Below, one piece after another: positions 38,311 to 47,965 of a stretch of DNA of 64,000 nt (the stretch's first letter is position 1; every line of letters begins with the position of its first letter). Position numbers and translations under genes: made by a program. A model generated the notes under the pieces. The model did not search any database. It was not told where the DNA came from and worked only from the letters and a program-made list of their open reading frames with translations. Source of the stretch: Deltaproteobacteria bacterium (GTDB lineage: Bacteria; Myxococcota_A; Polyangia; JAAYKL01). The stretch spans positions 12,759-76,758 of the forward strand of contig JAKQNG010000197.1 in the NCBI GenBank assembly GCA_029565915.1, given 5' to 3'.

Positions 38311-39518
38311 CATCCGTGACCCGCGGCATCGTCACCCTGCTGCTGATTTTCTGCGGGACGGCGTTGCTCCCGGCGTGTCATCCTCCGAAGACGTCTGCTC
38401 ATCATTCCCTCCGGGGCAGAATGGATGTGCTGCAATTCCGGTGGCGGCGACAGCTGTATTCCAATACGCCCGATTTTATCATTCCACAGTTTTATGAGCG
38501 GTATGACCGGTTTCAGCCGGTGGAAACCGCCGGTGCCGCGTTTGACACGGATCGCCGTCGTGTTTTCATCGGCGCTGCCGTTGGCGGATTCTACTGTCTG
38601 GACGCAGGGACCGGCAAAACGGTCTGGCGCCGCGACTTCGACGATCCGATCGGCTCCACGCCGGTGTACGACAGTGCGCGCAGCCGCGTGTACGTAGGTG
38701 CGGATGACGGATTCCTCCACGCCTTCCATTCCCGCTCCGGTCGCCGGATCTGGACGGTGGATACGGGAGCGGAGCTGCGCCGGAATATCTGGATGGTCGC
38801 CGACACGCTGTTTGCCGTCAACGCGGACAACACGGTTGTCGCCGTGGATCCGCAGGGCGGTGAAATTGTCTGGCGCTACCGGCGCTCACCGGTCGAAGGA
38901 TTTTCTTCGGTCAGTTACGCCGATTTGAATCTGGTAGACGGGACAATATACGCGGGATTCAGCGACGGCATCCTGGCCGCCATCGATGCGGGCACGGGGC
39001 AGGAAAAGTGGACCGCCGATCTGGCCGCTGAAGTGGTGGCGTCCGCTGGCGGTGAAGACGTGCTCCTTGTCGATGTAGATGCGACCCCGGTGGTGGCAGG
39101 CAATCGGGTCATCGCCGCCACGCTGACCGGCGGCGTGCAGGCCGTGGACGCCGCATCCGGCAGTCTCCTGTGGACGCGTCCCGATCTCGACATGGTGACC
39201 GGCCTTGCATTCGTGAACGGCGAAGTGCAGGCAGTCCGCGCGGGAGATCGGGGGCTGGTGTCGCTTTCGGTGGAAACCGGCGAGACACTGCTGGAAAGCC
39301 GATTCGGGCTCGGTCTGAAATTCGACCCGGTCGTCTATGACGATCTGCTGCTCATCCCCGACACGGAAGCGGGCCTTTACATGGTGTCCGCCGGAACGGG
39401 GCGGGTGCTGAATCTGCTCGACGTGAACGGCGGGTTCTTCGCGCGGCCGACCATCCACGCCGGCTACCTGTTGATCATGGGGAACTGGACAACACTTTTT
39501 TCGTTTGCGATAAACTGA
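38307..39518 (+). CDS. bamB: Outer-membrane assembly lipoprotein BamB-like (PQQ-type beta-propeller)
   Basis: GTG start overlapping the upstream stop. Lipobox LLPAC. Repeated PQQ-like blades (GxxYCLDAGTGKTVW, LHAFHSRSGRRIW, VVAVDPQGGEIVW, LAAIDAGTGQEKW, VQAVDAASGSLLW). Confidence 0.7.
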   Translation: MTSVTRGIVTLLLIFCGTALLPACHPPKTSAHHSLRGRMDVLQFRWRRQLYSNTPDFIIPQFYERYDRFQPVETAGAAFDTDRRRVFIGAAVGGFYCLDAGTGKTVWRRDFDDPIGSTPVYDSARSRVYVGADDGFLHAFHSRSGRRIWTVDTGAELRRNIWMVADTLFAVNADNTVVAVDPQGGEIVWRYRRSPVEGFSSVSYADLNLVDGTIYAGFSDGILAAIDAGTGQEKWTADLAAEVVASAGGEDVLLVDVDATPVVAGNRVIAATLTGGVQAVDAASGSLLWTRPDLDMVTGLAFVNGEVQAVRAGDRGLVSLSVETGETLLESRFGLGLKFDPVVYDDLLLIPDTEAGLYMVSAGTGRVLNLLDVNGGFFARPTIHAGYLLIMGNWTTLFSFAIN

Positions 39519-39535
39519 CTTTCCGGGGAACGCAG

Positions 39536-40324
39536 ATGAAAAAAATCCTGGCGATTGCATACAACACCTACCGGGAAGCGATCCGCGACCGCATCCTGTA
39601 CGGCTTTCTCTTCTTTGCCATCTCCATCATCCTGTTCAGCCTGGTACTCGGAAAGCTGTCCATCAACCAGCAGATCCGCACCACCATCGACGTAGGGCTG
39701 GCGGGAATTTCGCTGTTTTCCGTGTTGATTGCCATCTTCATCGGCATCAACCTGCTCAACAAGGAAATCCAGAAACGCACCATCTATCCGATTCTGTCCA
39801 AGCCCGTGGGCCGTCACGCCTACCTCCTCGGCAAGTTCGGCGGCATCGCCATGGTGCTCGTCGTCCAGATCGCCCTCATGCTGGCCGTTTTCCTGCCGCT
39901 CATCGTCCTGCAGGGCGGCGAGATCACGTTCGGCCTGCTGACCGCGGTGGTGCTTATCTTCTTTGAAACGCTGATGGTCATTGCCATGGCCATGTTTTTT
40001 ACCTCGTTCTCCAGTCCGTTCCTGAGCGGGATATTCTGTCTGGGGCTGTTTGTCGCGGGGCGCAGCGCCGATCTGATTGCCGAACTGGGCCGGCAGAAAG
40101 AACTCGTTTCACTGGCGCCCCTGTTCGAAGGCGTTTCCGTTGTACTGCCGAACTTCTATCTCTTCTATCCGAGCGGCAAAATCGTCGAGGGTGCATTTGC
40201 CACCGTCCACGCCCAGTTCATTTCAACGGGATATCTCTATTCGGCGATTGCCTATTCGCTCATCTGTACGGCGTCATTCCTGGTTGCTGCCATGCTCATC
40301 TTCCGTCGAAGGGATTTCATCTAG
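39536..40324 (+). CDS. ABC-2 family transporter permease
   Basis: 262 aa with six TMs and an ABC-2 permease topology. Probable partner of the ATPase at 36552. Confidence 0.7.
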   Translation: MKKILAIAYNTYREAIRDRILYGFLFFAISIILFSLVLGKLSINQQIRTTIDVGLAGISLFSVLIAIFIGINLLNKEIQKRTIYPILSKPVGRHAYLLGKFGGIAMVLVVQIALMLAVFLPLIVLQGGEITFGLLTAVVLIFFETLMVIAMAMFFTSFSSPFLSGIFCLGLFVAGRSADLIAELGRQKELVSLAPLFEGVSVVLPNFYLFYPSGKIVEGAFATVHAQFISTGYLYSAIAYSLICTASFLVAAMLIFRRRDFI

Positions 40325-40929
40325 TGGGGGAGCGCGGGCGAACCCTGATCTCCGGCCTGTCCATCTTCCTGTTGCTCTGCGGCATTGCCGCCGGTGTCCT
40401 TTGCGGTCGATTGATATGGGAATCGCGGAAGTACTATGGACAAGGGGAGGAATACCTGCGAGCGGGCGATACGGACCGGGCCGCTGATGCTTTTGAAAAC
40501 GCGGTGCGGGCATACGTTCCGGGAAGCCCCTGGGGCGAAAGGGCGATGTGGCAGCTCAGTCTTCTGGCGCGACGGGCAACGATGGCGGGCGACCCGGTAT
40601 CCGCCCGTTTTCTGTGGGAACGGGTCCGCCGCAGCGCCCTGTCCGTGCGCCATGTCACCCAGCCCTACGGCGGCCAGCTCGCAGACGCGGAGAAACAGAT
40701 CCGCCGGCTCGCCCGGGGCATGTCAAAGGGACCGGATGCCACCGCATCGCTCGTGGCGCGGCCGGCGGATCCGGGCATCCTGATGTCGGTGCTGCTGGCG
40801 GTGGGCGTGTCGCTGTGGATTGGCGGCGCCGGCGTCGCTCTGACAGGGTCGGGACGCCGGGAGCGCATCGCCGCTGCTGCCAGCGCCGGGGGATTGCTGT
40901 TGTGGCTGATGGCAGCTGTCCTGGCGTGA
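40324..40929 (+). CDS. Hypothetical membrane protein
   Basis: GTG start overlapping the permease stop (TAGTG). N-terminal TM and two C-terminal TMs. No recognised family. Confidence 0.35.
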   Translation: MGERGRTLISGLSIFLLLCGIAAGVLCGRLIWESRKYYGQGEEYLRAGDTDRAADAFENAVRAYVPGSPWGERAMWQLSLLARRATMAGDPVSARFLWERVRRSALSVRHVTQPYGGQLADAEKQIRRLARGMSKGPDATASLVARPADPGILMSVLLAVGVSLWIGGAGVALTGSGRRERIAAAASAGGLLLWLMAAVLA

Positions 40930-40990
40930 CGGGGCCTGTTGTATTATTTTGACCGGACAGAGAAGCGGTGTAGGTTGAAATTCCCGGAGG

Positions 40991-41278
40991 ATGATCATGA
41001 CCAGCGAAAACAGAGATGTCTATGAACGATACCTGCGGATCTTTTCAGAGCGCTTCGGCGATCTGGATTTCGGACAGCCGGTCAGGAACGATGGCTACCT
41101 GGTGAAAAAGCTGACCGGGGAGGAGTTTTCCACATTGTGGACGCGCTATCGGCAGCTGGAAAACTATCTTCGCGACACGATGAGTGCGGGTCATACCCTG
41201 AGCGACGCCGTGGAGTATCAATACCGTGAACTCTGCGCCGCGGTTCTTGAGAAACCCAAGGATTTCAAATTGTTGTAA
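40991..41278 (+). CDS. Small hypothetical protein (95 aa)
   Basis: GGAGGATG RBS context and coding-like composition. No family recognised. Confidence 0.35.
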   Translation: MIMTSENRDVYERYLRIFSERFGDLDFGQPVRNDGYLVKKLTGEEFSTLWTRYRQLENYLRDTMSAGHTLSDAVEYQYRELCAAVLEKPKDFKLL

Positions 41279-41423
41279 TCCATCTGGACATCGTCCGGTC
41301 CCCGCCCGGGATTTTCGCAAACTTTCCTTGACACCCGATCCCCTTCAGACTAAGAAATAGCGCTCTGTTGACAGGGAAATGCCCCTTTCAACGGGATATG
41401 AATTTGACACTGGAGCAATGATC

Positions 41424-41861
41424 ATGCGGACATTCAATGCAAAACCCGGCCAGATTGAGCAGCGGTGGTACATCGTTGACGCGGCGGGAAAGAATCTGGG
41501 ACGGACGGCCTCCCAGATCGCAACCATCCTCATGGGGAAGAACAAGCCCACGTATACACCCCACGTCGACACCGGTGACCACGTGGTGGTCGTCAATGCG
41601 GAGAAGGTCGTTCTGACCGGCAAGAAGATGAAAGAAAAAATGTATTACCAGCACACCGGCTGGGTCGGCGGCCTCAACGCGCTGAATGCGGCGGACATGC
41701 TGGCCAAGGATCCGACGTCACTGCTGCGAATTGCCGTCAAGGGAATGCTTCCCAAAACGAAACTCGGTGCCGGCATGCTCGGCAAGCTCAAGGTTCACGC
41801 GGGAGACCTGCCCGCACATGGCTATAGTGCGCAGAAGGCACAGCCGCTGGAACTGAAATAA
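41424..41861 (+). CDS. rplM: 50S ribosomal protein L13
   Basis: MRTFNAKPGQIEQRWYIVDAAGKNLGRTASQIA is diagnostic of L13. Confidence 0.95.
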   Translation: MRTFNAKPGQIEQRWYIVDAAGKNLGRTASQIATILMGKNKPTYTPHVDTGDHVVVVNAEKVVLTGKKMKEKMYYQHTGWVGGLNALNAADMLAKDPTSLLRIAVKGMLPKTKLGAGMLGKLKVHAGDLPAHGYSAQKAQPLELK

Positions 41862-41876
41862 GAAGGGGAAGAATCA

Positions 41877-42275
41877 ATGTCTGATAATGCAGAACGCTGG
41901 TATGCCACGGGTCGACGGAAGAGGGCGGTTGCCCGCGTGTGGATGAGTCCCGGCAGCGGCAAGGTCACCGTGAATGACAAGGATGAAGAAATTTATTTTT
42001 CCCGCGCCATTCTGCGGATGATCATGCGTCAACCGCTGGAAGTGGCCGAAGCTGAAGGCAAATACGATTTCGTGATCAATGTGGTCGGTGGCGGGTGCTC
42101 TGCCCAGGCCGAAGCCTGCCGGTTCGGCATTTCCCGCGCCCTCACCCGGGCGGAAATTGATCGCCGCAGCCCTCTCAAGAAGGCCGGCTTCCTCACCCGC
42201 GACGCCCGCGAAGTCGAGCGCAAGAAGTACGGCAAGCGCGGCGCCCGTCGTTCCTTCCAGTTCTCCAAACGGTAA
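41877..42275 (+). CDS. rpsI: 30S ribosomal protein S9
   Basis: C-terminus [29 protein letters not shown] is diagnostic of S9. Confidence 0.95.
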   Translation: MSDNAERWYATGRRKRAVARVWMSPGSGKVTVNDKDEEIYFSRAILRMIMRQPLEVAEAEGKYDFVINVVGGGCSAQAEACRFGISRALTRAEIDRRSPLKKAGFLTRDAREVERKKYGKRGARRSFQFSKR

Positions 42276-42391
42276 ATCCGGTTTCCCGTCATCAACTCCA
42301 GTCGAAACGCACGCATCTGTGCGCAGTTTCCTTGATGTGTATTTGGAGTTCGTTGGACGAGGTGAAAAGATACAGAAGATGCAGGAAGGGA

Positions 42392-42751
42392 CTACTCGCC
42401 GCACATGTTGGCACAGGCTTCCGGGAATCCGCTGGGATCGCCGCCCGACATGGCAACTACCGCGGCATTGAAGTCGGCGCATTCCATCGCTTCGGCTTCG
42501 TCCACGCAGGTGGCAGCGACTTCGCCATCGAATGCAGCACAGTTGGCAAAAATGATGCCGTTGACGGTGGTCGCGCATCCATCGAGCCCACCCATTCCGG
42601 TGACCATTGCCTCGTTGCATTCCAGCATCTTTCCACACTCTCCGGCAACGACTTCCTCCTGTGTCAGGCTGGCAGGTTCATCGGACTCTTCGTCACATCC
42701 AGCGATAACCCCGCACAGCAGTGCAGACATCATGATGATGAGGACCTTTTT
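42392..42751 (-). CDS. Small acidic Cys-rich lipoprotein (119 aa, 10 Cys after the lipobox)
   Basis: MKKVLIIMMSALLCGVIAGC lipobox. The mature region is acidic (D/E) with ten Cys spaced as CGKMLEC, C, C, C, C, C, CANMC. Confidence 0.5.
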   Translation of the reverse strand, partial: KKVLIIMMSALLCGVIAGCDEESDEPASLTQEEVVAGECGKMLECNEAMVTGMGGLDGCATTVNGIIFANCAAFDGEVAATCVDEAEAMECADFNAAVVAMSGGDPSGFPEACANMCGE

Positions 42752-42848
42752 CATTTCTTGTTCCTTTCGTTGATCGTCTTCGACGAGTTGGTTGCGCAGA
42801 TAAATGTAGCGGCATTTTTTACGGGGGCAAGCAAACCGGTCTTTGTTT

Positions 42849-43226
42849 TCAGATCGGTTCGATGAAGGGTTGGACATTTGCCAGCAGTTTGGGGCCGATG
42901 CCGGGAACCCTGATCAGCTCCTCAACATCCTCAAAGGGACCGTGAAACTCCCGGTACTGCACAATGGCGCGGGCCCGCTCTGATCCGATGCCCGGCAGAT
43001 ACTGGAGTTCCATTTCGTTGTCCCGGTTCAGGTCCACACCCACACCGCACAGATGCCGTCGGGAAGCGGGCTCCTGCCTTACGGTGGGTCCGCAGGACGG
43101 CTTTACGGAATCCGGTTTGTCCTCGTCCGACGGGTGAAAGGTTTGCGGGCAACGGAGGAGGGCCGTTGCGACAATCACAAACAGGGTGATGGCTGCGGCA
43201 ATGATTCGATGATGGACACTTTTCAT
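42849..43226 (-). CDS. ComEA-family helix-hairpin-helix DNA-binding protein
   Basis: N-terminal TM, then ELQYLPGIGSERARAIVQYREFHGPFEDVEELIRVPGIGPKL, a tandem HhH ComEA motif. Confidence 0.7.
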   Translation of the reverse strand: MKSVHHRIIAAAITLFVIVATALLRCPQTFHPSDEDKPDSVKPSCGPTVRQEPASRRHLCGVGVDLNRDNEMELQYLPGIGSERARAIVQYREFHGPFEDVEELIRVPGIGPKLLANVQPFIEPI

Positions 43227-43314
43227 GTTGTTCAATATCCTTCGCGCGCGTTGCAACAACAGATATCGGCCGTTCTGTCCGGATTGTGCCGAAAAAATGC
43301 GCGGGAAAGAAAAT

Positions 43315-45795
43315 ATGCGGTTCGGTGAACGACAGTTTGACAGCTTTGTGCAGTTCCTGCTCCGTCGCCCATTGGTGCCGGTGGGGATCGTTGTTCTGCT
43401 CACCGCGATCTCCGCCTTCTGGCTCATCGCGTTCAAGCCGTTGCGGCTGGACACGAATTTCACCACGCTGCTCCCCGACGAGCTGCCCTGTGTCGTGGAA
43501 TCCCGAAGGGTTTCCCGGCTCGTGGGTTCCACGGATTTTTTATATATCGCCATTACCTCGCCGGTGCCCGCCGACAACATGGCGTTTGCACAGGACATGG
43601 CAAAGCGGCTGGCATCCCTGCCGTTCATCGACTGGGTGACCACCCGGGAGGACAAGTCCTTTTTCCGACGACACCGGTTGCTGTATCTCGAAACGGCGGA
43701 CCTGCAAACGATTGTCCGGCGGGCGAAGGCGCGGGTGGCCTATGAAAAGAAAGTTGCCAACCCGTTCTTTGTCAGCCTGGACGATGAACCGCCTCCGGAT
43801 ATCGGGTTTGACGATATCATGGAGAAGTATGACGAGCGACTGGCGCGCGCCGGTGTCAAGGGAATCCTCGGAACGTCGAAGAAGGCCGGCCAGGACGCCG
43901 GGAACGGGGATACCTCGAAGAAGGTGGATACGGGGGACTTCATCGCCAGTCCGGATGGCACGCTGGTCACGGTCATGGCGCGGCCCTCGCGGCCGGCGGT
44001 GGACATGGACTTTGCGCGGATGCTGGTCGAACGCGCGCAGAAGCTGATCGACGCATCGAATCCCCACCGCAACGACCGGATGCGGGTGAAGGTGGCCGGC
44101 TCCTATCGGAACCGGACAATGGAGTACAACAACATTGTCAATGACATCGTCACATCCATCGCGTCGTCCCTTGTCCTCATTGTCCTGATCATCATCGTGT
44201 ATTTCCGACGGGCCCGCTCGCTGGTGCTGGTGCTGTTGCCGCTGGTGGCCGGCACGGTGTTGAGCGTAGCGGTGACTGCGTTAACCCTGGGTCGCCTGAA
44301 CATGGTGACCGCGCTCATTTTTGCGGTGGTCATGGGGCTCGGGATCGATTTCGGCGTGCACATGACCACGCGCTATCTCGATGAACGGGGACGTGGGAAG
44401 ACGCTGCAGGAATCCATGATGCTGGCGCTGTCGAAGACGGGACGGGCGATTCTCACGGCGGGGTTGACCACCGCTGGCGCCCTCGGCGTCATGGCAGCCG
44501 CCGAATTCAAGGGCTTCATGGAGTTCGGCATCATTGCCATGCTGGGTATCCTCATCTGCTTGGTTGTCTATATCGTCATGGTGCCGGCCCTGGGAGCGAT
44601 GATGGAGCGCTTTTCCGCGCCCTCGCCGTGGCGCAGAAAATCAATGGTAGGCGATCGCCCGGTCCGACGCATTCCCGCGTGGTTGCCCGGGGTGGCGCTG
44701 GTGGTCATCGCCGCGGTGACCGCCGTGGCCTTCGTTCAGGCGCGTCGCATCGAATTTGAATATGACTTCCGCCGGCTGGGCAGTCAGAAAAAGGTGTCCA
44801 CAACGATTCAGTATGGCCGGACGCTGTCCCAGAGTTCGTCACCGGTAGTGATTCTTCTCAATACGCCGCAACAGGCGAAGGCGGCCACGCGGCATCTGGA
44901 AAAGGTCATGGAATCGCCCGCCAACGTGGATGGACTGCTGCGGAACGTCTTTTCCCTGTTCACCTTCATTCCCGATGATCAGGAAAGGAAGATAGCACTG
45001 CTAGGGGAGTTGCAGGGATACGTGGATGAGGCGCTGGCCCTGCGGAAGCTGAAAAAGGACGTCCGGGAGCAACTGGAGGAGCTGCGGGAGTGGACCGACG
45101 TGGCGCCCATTACAGAGAAGTCCCTGCCCGACTGGGTGACCGCGAAATTCACCCGCAAGGACGGTCAGGTGGGCGGCATGGTGTACCTCTTTCCCCGGGT
45201 AAACGAGTTTCACGTGGACCAGATGGCCCGGTTCTACGATCTGTTCGGCGTGATAGACATTCCCGACGTGGGCCGGGTGCACCCGACCGCATCTGGCTTC
45301 ATTCTGGTAGAAGTCATTCGTGCGGTCCAACGGGACGGGGTGACGATGACCGCTATTTCCCTGGCCGTCGTGCTGCTGGTGCTGGTGCTGGATTTCCGCC
45401 GTCCCGGACCGGTGCTCCTCACCTTCGGCCCGCTGCTGGTGAGCCTCATCTGGGTGGCGGGCATCATGGGGATGACGGGGATGAAACTGGGCCTTTACAA
45501 CATGCTGGTGCTGCCGCTTCTGCTGGGCGTGGGCATCGACACTGCCGTGCACATTTATCACTCCTATCAGGAACAGGGCCCGGGTTCGCTGAGGTCCGTG
45601 ATCCGGACGACCGGAATGGCAACGCTGATCGCCTCCGTGACCACCGGTGTCGGATTCGTGGGGATGATGACCGTGTCTCACAACGGACTGCGCACCATCG
45701 GCTCCCTGGCCATCGTCGGCATCAGCGTCACCCTGATCGGCAGCATGATCACGCTGGTTGCATTTCTGGCGTGGCGGGAATCCCGCAAAAAATAG
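43315..45795 (+). CDS. MMPL/RND-superfamily exporter
   Basis: Two 6-TM bundles separated by large periplasmic loops. Start at MRFGERQFDSF. Confidence 0.8.
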   Translation: MRFGERQFDSFVQFLLRRPLVPVGIVVLLTAISAFWLIAFKPLRLDTNFTTLLPDELPCVVESRRVSRLVGSTDFLYIAITSPVPADNMAFAQDMAKRLASLPFIDWVTTREDKSFFRRHRLLYLETADLQTIVRRAKARVAYEKKVANPFFVSLDDEPPPDIGFDDIMEKYDERLARAGVKGILGTSKKAGQDAGNGDTSKKVDTGDFIASPDGTLVTVMARPSRPAVDMDFARMLVERAQKLIDASNPHRNDRMRVKVAGSYRNRTMEYNNIVNDIVTSIASSLVLIVLIIIVYFRRARSLVLVLLPLVAGTVLSVAVTALTLGRLNMVTALIFAVVMGLGIDFGVHMTTRYLDERGRGKTLQESMMLALSKTGRAILTAGLTTAGALGVMAAAEFKGFMEFGIIAMLGILICLVVYIVMVPALGAMMERFSAPSPWRRKSMVGDRPVRRIPAWLPGVALVVIAAVTAVAFVQARRIEFEYDFRRLGSQKKVSTTIQYGRTLSQSSSPVVILLNTPQQAKAATRHLEKVMESPANVDGLLRNVFSLFTFIPDDQERKIALLGELQGYVDEALALRKLKKDVREQLEELREWTDVAPITEKSLPDWVTAKFTRKDGQVGGMVYLFPRVNEFHVDQMARFYDLFGVIDIPDVGRVHPTASGFILVEVIRAVQRDGVTMTAISLAVVLLVLVLDFRRPGPVLLTFGPLLVSLIWVAGIMGMTGMKLGLYNMLVLPLLLGVGIDTAVHIYHSYQEQGPGSLRSVIRTTGMATLIASVTTGVGFVGMMTVSHNGLRTIGSLAIVGISVTLIGSMITLVAFLAWRESRKK

Positions 45796-46905
45796 TCAGA
45801 GTTCCCGCGCCGCAAGCCATCCGGCAGAAAAGGACGCCAGACGCCCCTCCGCGATGGCCATCCGTGCGCCCTTCATCAGGTCGCCGTAGTGGGTCAGGTT
45901 GTGGATGGTGAGCAGGCGGTGGATGAGCAGCTCACTGCTCATGAACAGGTGGCGGAGATATCGGCGGTCGAACGTGCGGCAGGTGTAGCAGGAACAGTCC
46001 GGGTCCAGGGGTCGCGCATCGTCGGCGAACCGGGCGCCCTTGATGCCGATTTTTCCACCCCGCACAAATGCCTGACCGTTGCGGGCGTTCCGCGTGGGCA
46101 TGACACAGTCGAACATGTCAATGCCGCAGGCGATGCCCGTGAGAATGTCCGCCGGCGTGCCGACACCCATGACATAGCGGGGACGCTCCGCCGGCATGTC
46201 CTTCCCGGTGCACTGGAAAATGCGGTACATGTCTTCCCGGGGTTCGCCGACGGACAGTCCGCCCAGAGCGATGCCGTCAAAGGGAAGGGACGCGATTTCC
46301 TGCAGGTGGGCCGCGCGAAGGTCTTCGTGGATGCCGCCCTGCACGATGCCGAAGAGTGCCTGTCCATCGGCCCGGGGCACATCGAGCTGTTGCTTTGCCC
46401 ACGCGGTGGTGCGGTCCATGGCGCGGCGGACCGTATCCCTGTCCGCATTGCCCGGTGGGCACTCGTCCAGCACCATGGCGATGTCAGACGAGAGGGCGGC
46501 CTGGACGTCAATGGCCCGCCGGGGCGTCAGGGCGATGCGGGCGCCATCGATGTGGGAGGAGAACACGACCCCTTCATCGTCAATTTTTGCCCGGTCGCTC
46601 AGGCTGAAAATCTGGAACCCACCGGAATCGGTGAGGGTGGGTCCGTTCCATGCCATGAAGCGCGCGAGACCGCCGGCACGGGCAATGCGTCCTTCGCCGG
46701 GTCGGAGCATCAGGTGGTAGGTGTTGCCCAGCAGGATATCGGCGCCCGTGGCACGCACGTCGTCGGGAGACAGGGCCTTGACAGCGGCCCGGGTTCCCAC
46801 CGGCATGAACGCGGGGGTTGGTACGACGCCCCGCGAGGTGCGGATTTCACCGGCACGGGCGTGGCCGTCCGTCGCTTTCACGCAAAACGAGAATCCATCG
46901 GTCAT
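45796..46905 (-). CDS. tgt: Queuine tRNA-ribosyltransferase
   Basis: MTDGFSFCVKATDGHARAGEIRTSRGVVPTPAFMPVGT and a C-terminal CxCxxC zinc site. ATGA-coupled to queA. It abuts the MMPL stop with 0-bp spacing. Confidence 0.92.
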   Translation of the reverse strand: MTDGFSFCVKATDGHARAGEIRTSRGVVPTPAFMPVGTRAAVKALSPDDVRATGADILLGNTYHLMLRPGEGRIARAGGLARFMAWNGPTLTDSGGFQIFSLSDRAKIDDEGVVFSSHIDGARIALTPRRAIDVQAALSSDIAMVLDECPPGNADRDTVRRAMDRTTAWAKQQLDVPRADGQALFGIVQGGIHEDLRAAHLQEIASLPFDGIALGGLSVGEPREDMYRIFQCTGKDMPAERPRYVMGVGTPADILTGIACGIDMFDCVMPTRNARNGQAFVRGGKIGIKGARFADDARPLDPDCSCYTCRTFDRRYLRHLFMSSELLIHRLLTIHNLTHYGDLMKGARMAIAEGRLASFSAGWLAAREL

Positions 46906-47954
46906 GACATCACCGGAAGAACAAGCATGGCGTCGCCGTAGCTGTAAAAGCGGTAACTCCGGGCAATTGCTTCTTCGTAACAGCGCAGAATGAATTCGCG
47001 GCCCGCCAGAGCGGAAACCAGGCACAGCAGCGTGGACCGCGGCAGATGGAAGTTGGTGAGGAGGCCGTTGACCACCTTGAACGAAAAAGGAGGAACAATG
47101 AACATCCGCGTGGAACCTCCGCCGGCCGCCAGGTTGCCGCCATGCTGCGCGGCGCAGCCCTCAAGGGCCCGCACGGCGGTCGTGCCGATGGCGATCACGG
47201 GTCGTCCTTCGGACCGCGCACGAAAGACGGCTTCCACCGTGGCCCGGGGAATGTCGTAGTACTCAACGTCCATGGCGTGTTGTTCGACCACACCGGCGGT
47301 GATGGGGCGGAATGTGCCGGGACCCACGTGGAGGGTGACAAACTGCAGCTCGTGGCCCTCGGCAAATAGCGCATCGATCAGCGCCTGCGTGAGATGGAGT
47401 CCGGCGGTGGGGGCTGCCACGGATCCTTCGTGCTTCGCGTAGACGGTCTGGTAGCGCTCCTTATCGGCCTCTTCCACCGGTCGTTGAATGTACGGAGGAA
47501 GCGGGACCGCGCCGATCTGCGCAACGACGTCGCGGAACCCCGCTGCTCCGCAGTTCATGCGCAGGCGCCGGTCGCCCTGTTCGCCGCTGGCGGTGACAGT
47601 GGCTTCCACGTCGCCGATGAGCAGGCGGGAGCCGATGCGCAGGGGTTTGGCTGACCGGCACAGGGCCGTCCATTCACAGGTGTCCGCCGCGTCCATTTCC
47701 AGTCGGACGAGGAGCACTTCCACCGCGCCGCCGGTGGGGCGTCTGGCCGCGAGTCTGGCCGGGAACACCCGGCTGTCATTGGCAATGAGCAGGGACCGCG
47801 GTGGAAGCAGTGCCGCCAGATCGGAAATCCGTTCGTGGGCAATGGCGCCGGTTACCGGGTCGGCCACCAGCAGGCGTCCGCCGTCCCGCTCTAGTGGGGG
47901 ATGACTGGCGATGAGGTGAGCGGGCAGCGCGTAGTCGAACAGATCGGTGTCCAT
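46902..47954 (-). CDS. queA: S-adenosylmethionine:tRNA ribosyltransferase-isomerase
   Basis: MDTDLFDYALPAHLIASHPPLERDGGRLLV and overall QueA pattern. queA-tgt operon order is conserved. Confidence 0.92.
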   Translation of the reverse strand: MDTDLFDYALPAHLIASHPPLERDGGRLLVADPVTGAIAHERISDLAALLPPRSLLIANDSRVFPARLAARRPTGGAVEVLLVRLEMDAADTCEWTALCRSAKPLRIGSRLLIGDVEATVTASGEQGDRRLRMNCGAAGFRDVVAQIGAVPLPPYIQRPVEEADKERYQTVYAKHEGSVAAPTAGLHLTQALIDALFAEGHELQFVTLHVGPGTFRPITAGVVEQHAMDVEYYDIPRATVEAVFRARSEGRPVIAIGTTAVRALEGCAAQHGGNLAAGGGSTRMFIVPPFSFKVVNGLLTNFHLPRSTLLCLVSALAGREFILRCYEEAIARSYRFYSYGDAMLVLPVMS

Positions 47955-47965
47955 GGGCGGGATCG

